From assembly GCA_963728565.1 (NCBI GenBank), contig CAVSLC010000013.1:288001-352000 (forward strand): a stretch of 64,000 bases of DNA, in the 5' to 3' direction. The translations under genes and the position numbers were made by a program. Below, one piece after another: positions 61,240 through 64,000 of this stretch. Position 1 is the stretch's first letter. Every line of letters begins with the position of its first letter. The DNA is from an uncultured delta proteobacterium (GTDB lineage Bacteria > Desulfobacterota > Binatia > UBA9968). The notes under the pieces are model-generated. The model saw nothing but the letters and a program-made list of their open reading frames with translations, was not told where the DNA came from and ran no database searches.

Positions 61240-61848
61240 TTACTCCTGCGGTGCTGCTTCGCCCAATTGGTATCGCGAGAAACGCTTAACCTGAATGTTC
61301 TCACCAAGACGGGCTATCGCCTCCGTGAGGATGTCAGCAACTTTTTGGTCGGGGTTCTTAATAAATGATTGCTCAAGAAGACAAACTTCCGAATAAAACC
61401 GATCGATCTTTCCGTCGACTATCTTCTCGATGACCTTCTCCGGCTTACCAGACTCCAGAGCTTGCCGGCGATATATTTCCCTTTCGTTCTCCAAATGGTT
61501 GCTCGGAACCTCTTCCGGTCGTATGTATCGCGGATTAGCGGCGGCAATCTGCATGGCAATATCTTTTAAAAGATTCTGAAACTCGGCAGTGCGCGCCACA
61601 AAATCAGTTTCACAGTTGAGCTCCACCAGAACGCCAATTTTCCCGCCGGGATGCACATACGCGCCGATCGCCCCATCGCTGGCGGTTCGAGAAGCCTTTT
61701 TAGTCGCCGCTGCAAGCCCCTTTTGCCGCAAATAATCAACCGCTTTGTCCAGATCGCCGCCGGATTCGGCCAACGCTTTCTTGCAATCCATCATACCGGC
61801 GCCAGTTTTTTCGCGGAGATTTTTTACCGCAGCCGCACTCACTTCCAT
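61240..61848 (-). CDS. tsf: Elongation factor Ts (short form)
   Basis: [26 protein letters not shown]. Confidence 0.98.
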   Translation of the reverse strand: MEVSAAAVKNLREKTGAGMMDCKKALAESGGDLDKAVDYLRQKGLAAATKKASRTASDGAIGAYVHPGGKIGVLVELNCETDFVARTAEFQNLLKDIAMQIAAANPRYIRPEEVPSNHLENEREIYRRQALESGKPEKVIEKIVDGKIDRFYSEVCLLEQSFIKNPDQKVADILTEAIARLGENIQVKRFSRYQLGEAAPQE

Positions 61849-61851
61849 CGA

Positions 61852-62640
61852 CTAAACTCCTCCCATAGCCGACTGCTCTATCGGCTCCATCTCAGTTGGT
61901 GCCGTCACCGCTGTGGCTCCTTCATCTCCCTTATCTTTGGCCAAGGATTGATCATAGAGCCCCTTACCCTCAATCACTGCATCGGCCATGGATGAACAAA
62001 ATAGCCGAATAGCTCTAATCGCATCATCATTTCCCGGGATCTTGTGATCTACCATATCGGGATCGCAGTTCGTGTCGATCACGGCGATCACGGGGATGCC
62101 AAGCTTTCTTGCCTCCTTTACGGCAATTTCTTCCTGCTTGGGATCAACCACGAAAATCGCATCGGGGAGCTTACGCATCGCCTTGATTCCCCCAAGCGAC
62201 TGCTCAAGCTTTTCCTTCTCCCGCTTCAAGCCCAACATTTCCTTTTTAGTCAACGCGTCGACAATCTTAGGGTCATTTTCCATTTCTTCGAGTTTTCGCA
62301 AGCGATCGATACTCTGGCGAATGGTGGAGAAATTCGTGAGAGTGCCGCCTAACCAGCGGTTATGAACATGAAACATAGCGCATCGCTCCGCCTCTTCCCT
62401 TATGGAATCTTGCGCTTGTTTTTTCGTCCCGATGAAAAGAATGCTTCCACCGGCAGCCGCAATATCGCGGACGACAGCCTCCACTTCTTTAAACATGGTA
62501 ACGGTTTGCTGCAAATCAATGATATGGATTCCGTTTCGCGCTCCGAAAATGTACGGCTTCATTTTCGGATTCCAGCGGCTGGTTTGATGTCCGAAATGAA
62601 CACCCGCCTCTAGAAGTTGTTTCATTGAGATCTCGGTCAT
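61852..62640 (-). CDS. rpsB: 30S ribosomal protein S2
   Basis: [31 protein letters not shown]. Confidence 0.98.
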   Translation of the reverse strand: MTEISMKQLLEAGVHFGHQTSRWNPKMKPYIFGARNGIHIIDLQQTVTMFKEVEAVVRDIAAAGGSILFIGTKKQAQDSIREEAERCAMFHVHNRWLGGTLTNFSTIRQSIDRLRKLEEMENDPKIVDALTKKEMLGLKREKEKLEQSLGGIKAMRKLPDAIFVVDPKQEEIAVKEARKLGIPVIAVIDTNCDPDMVDHKIPGNDDAIRAIRLFCSSMADAVIEGKGLYDQSLAKDKGDEGATAVTAPTEMEPIEQSAMGGV

Positions 62641-62654
62641 ATACCTGACTCTCC

Positions 62655-62735
62655 TTCTGGTTTTGCCTCCCCTTCTCTCGACTCCTCCTCGTTCCCTCCC
62701 GGGCACCACGAAGAAGATCAAAAAGGGTGTGAGTT
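62655..62735 (-). ncRNA. rpsB 5' leader (t44 / S2 autogenous control element)
   Basis: ACTCACACCC...GGTGCCC...GGGGAGGCAAAACC matches the conserved elements of rpsB leaders as I recall them; position directly upstream of rpsB. Confidence 0.7.
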
Positions 62736-62737
62736 AA

Positions 62738-62780
62738 TAAGAAAACGCCTTCGGCACCCGGCCGGACCGGTCACCGAAGG
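62738..62780 (-). terminator. GC-rich hairpin + T tract between rho and rpsB leader
   Basis: GCCTTCGGTG-ACCGGTCCGGCCGG-GTGCCGAAGGC-GTTTTCTT. Confidence 0.55.
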
Positions 62781-62867
62781 CTGGAAACACCGATGATTGA
62801 CAATGGTAACCTTGCGTTTTTCTAGCAAAGAACGGCCAAAGACGCAAGGAAAGTAATGAGGCAGATG

Positions 62868-64000
62868 CTACTGGTTCATGGATTCAAAAAATTCTTTATT
62901 GTCTTTGGTACCATGCATCTTATCCAATAGAAATTCCATCGCATCGACAACACTCAGTTGGGATAGGACTTTGCGCAAAATCCAGATTCGATTGAGGTCT
63001 TCTTTGGAAATCAACAACTCTTCCTTTCTGGTTCCAGACTTGTTGATGTCAATGGCAGGGAAAACTCTTTTGTCCATTAAGCGGCGATCGAGGTGTACTT
63101 CCATGTTGCCGGTCCCTTTGAATTCCTCAAAAATAACCTCGTCCATCCGGCTGCCGGTATCGATAAGCGCGGTCGCCATAATCGTTAGACTACCACCGTC
63201 CTCAATGTTGCGGGCAGCGCCGAAGAATTTTTTGGGCTTATGTAGGGCATTCGAGTCGACACCTCCGGATAAAATCTTGCCGCTCGGAGGCACCACGGTA
63301 TTATAAGCGCGCGCCAGGCGCGTGATGCTGTCGAGCAGAATGACAACATCTTTGCCATGCTCCACCAAACGCTTTGCCTTCTCGATGACCATCTCCGCAA
63401 CTTGAACGTGCCGTGTGGCGGGTTCGTCGAATGTTGAACTGATGACCTCTCCATCGACCGAACGTTGCATATCCGTGACCTCTTCGGGCCGCTCATCGAT
63501 CAAAAGAACAATCAGCACAACCTCTTTGTGATTGTTGGCGATGGCTTTGGCGATGTGTTGCAACATCATAGTTTTACCTGTTCGCGGGGCGGCAACGATC
63601 AAGCCGCGTTGACCTTTGCCAATGGGAGTCAACAGGTCAACAATTCGGGTTGTGTAATCCTCAGGCTGATACTCGAGTCGTAAACGTTCGTTAGGATATA
63701 GAGGAGTTAGATTATCAAAAAGGATTTTCTCTCGGGCCCGCTCAGGATCCTCATAGTTAATCGATTCTACTTTGAGCAGGGCAAAATATCTCTCACCTTC
63801 TTTTGGCGGCCTGATGTGTCCGGAGATAATGTCGCCGGTACGCAGGCTAAACCGGCGTATCTGGCTGGGAGAGACGTAGATGTCATCCGGTCCTGGCAAA
63901 TAATTGTAGTCAGGTGCGCGCAAAAACCCGAAGCCATCGGGAAGAGTTTCCAGTACCCCTTCTCCGTATATATGACCATTTTGCTCCGTCTGCGCCTGCA
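62868..64000 (-). CDS. rho: Transcription termination factor Rho (5' end outside window)
   Basis: [42 protein letters not shown]. Confidence 0.98.
   Translation of the reverse strand, partial: QAQTEQNGHIYGEGVLETLPDGFGFLRAPDYNYLPGPDDIYVSPSQIRRFSLRTGDIISGHIRPPKEGERYFALLKVESINYEDPERAREKILFDNLTPLYPNERLRLEYQPEDYTTRIVDLLTPIGKGQRGLIVAAPRTGKTMMLQHIAKAIANNHKEVVLIVLLIDERPEEVTDMQRSVDGEVISSTFDEPATRHVQVAEMVIEKAKRLVEHGKDVVILLDSITRLARAYNTVVPPSGKILSGGVDSNALHKPKKFFGAARNIEDGGSLTIMATALIDTGSRMDEVIFEEFKGTGNMEVHLDRRLMDKRVFPAIDINKSGTRKEELLISKEDLNRIWILRKVLSQLSVVDAMEFLLDKMHGTKDNKEFFESMNQ

Noticed and set aside
61240-61848. Short 202-aa EF-Ts as a truncation
   Set aside because: The short EF-Ts form is a normal variant in several phyla
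1-64000. CRISPR arrays, rRNA, intact IS/transposase or prophage genes
   Set aside because: No regularly spaced repeats or such ORFs seen by eye; a dedicated repeat finder was not run

Overview
64 kb bacterial chromosome window of moderately high GC. Gene content and order suggest a delta-proteobacteria-like organism, possibly Ca. Binatia (inference only). The right third (~42-64 kb, all minus strand) is core genome: rho(partial)-rpsB-tsf-pyrH-frr-uppS-cdsA-dxr-rseP-tsaB, then DUF465-ilvBNC-psd-pssA-leuA-leuB-asd-truA, a deacetylase and leuCD. The left two thirds are accessory: dnaJ/cbpM-like pair, DUF72, aldolase, amidohydrolase, SDR, MFS, an Fe3+/polyamine-type ABC system, a liv ABC system, an orphan substrate-binding protein coupled to a Cache-HAMP-GAF-GAF kinase, a CoA-transferase and a POL-PE-LIG LigD without adjacent Ku. 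There are two tRNAs, Ser(GCT) and Arg(ACG). A decayed integrative element sits at tRNA-Arg (duplicated tRNA 3' half plus an integrase C-terminal remnant). Many genes, including essential cdsA, carry single extra G/C frameshifts that are most likely assembly errors. The best leads are all hypotheses: (1) a deoxyhypusine-synthase-family gene preceded by a shrunken, apparently inactive copy of the same fold; (2) an IF1-like helix/Zn-ribbon gene next to a FAM173/ATPSCKMT-like methyltransferase; (3) three small single-pass membrane ORFs flanked by structured RNA-like stretches; (4) a Rho_N-like-tailed protein upstream of Ku-less ligD. No CRISPR array, rRNA or intact transposase was seen.
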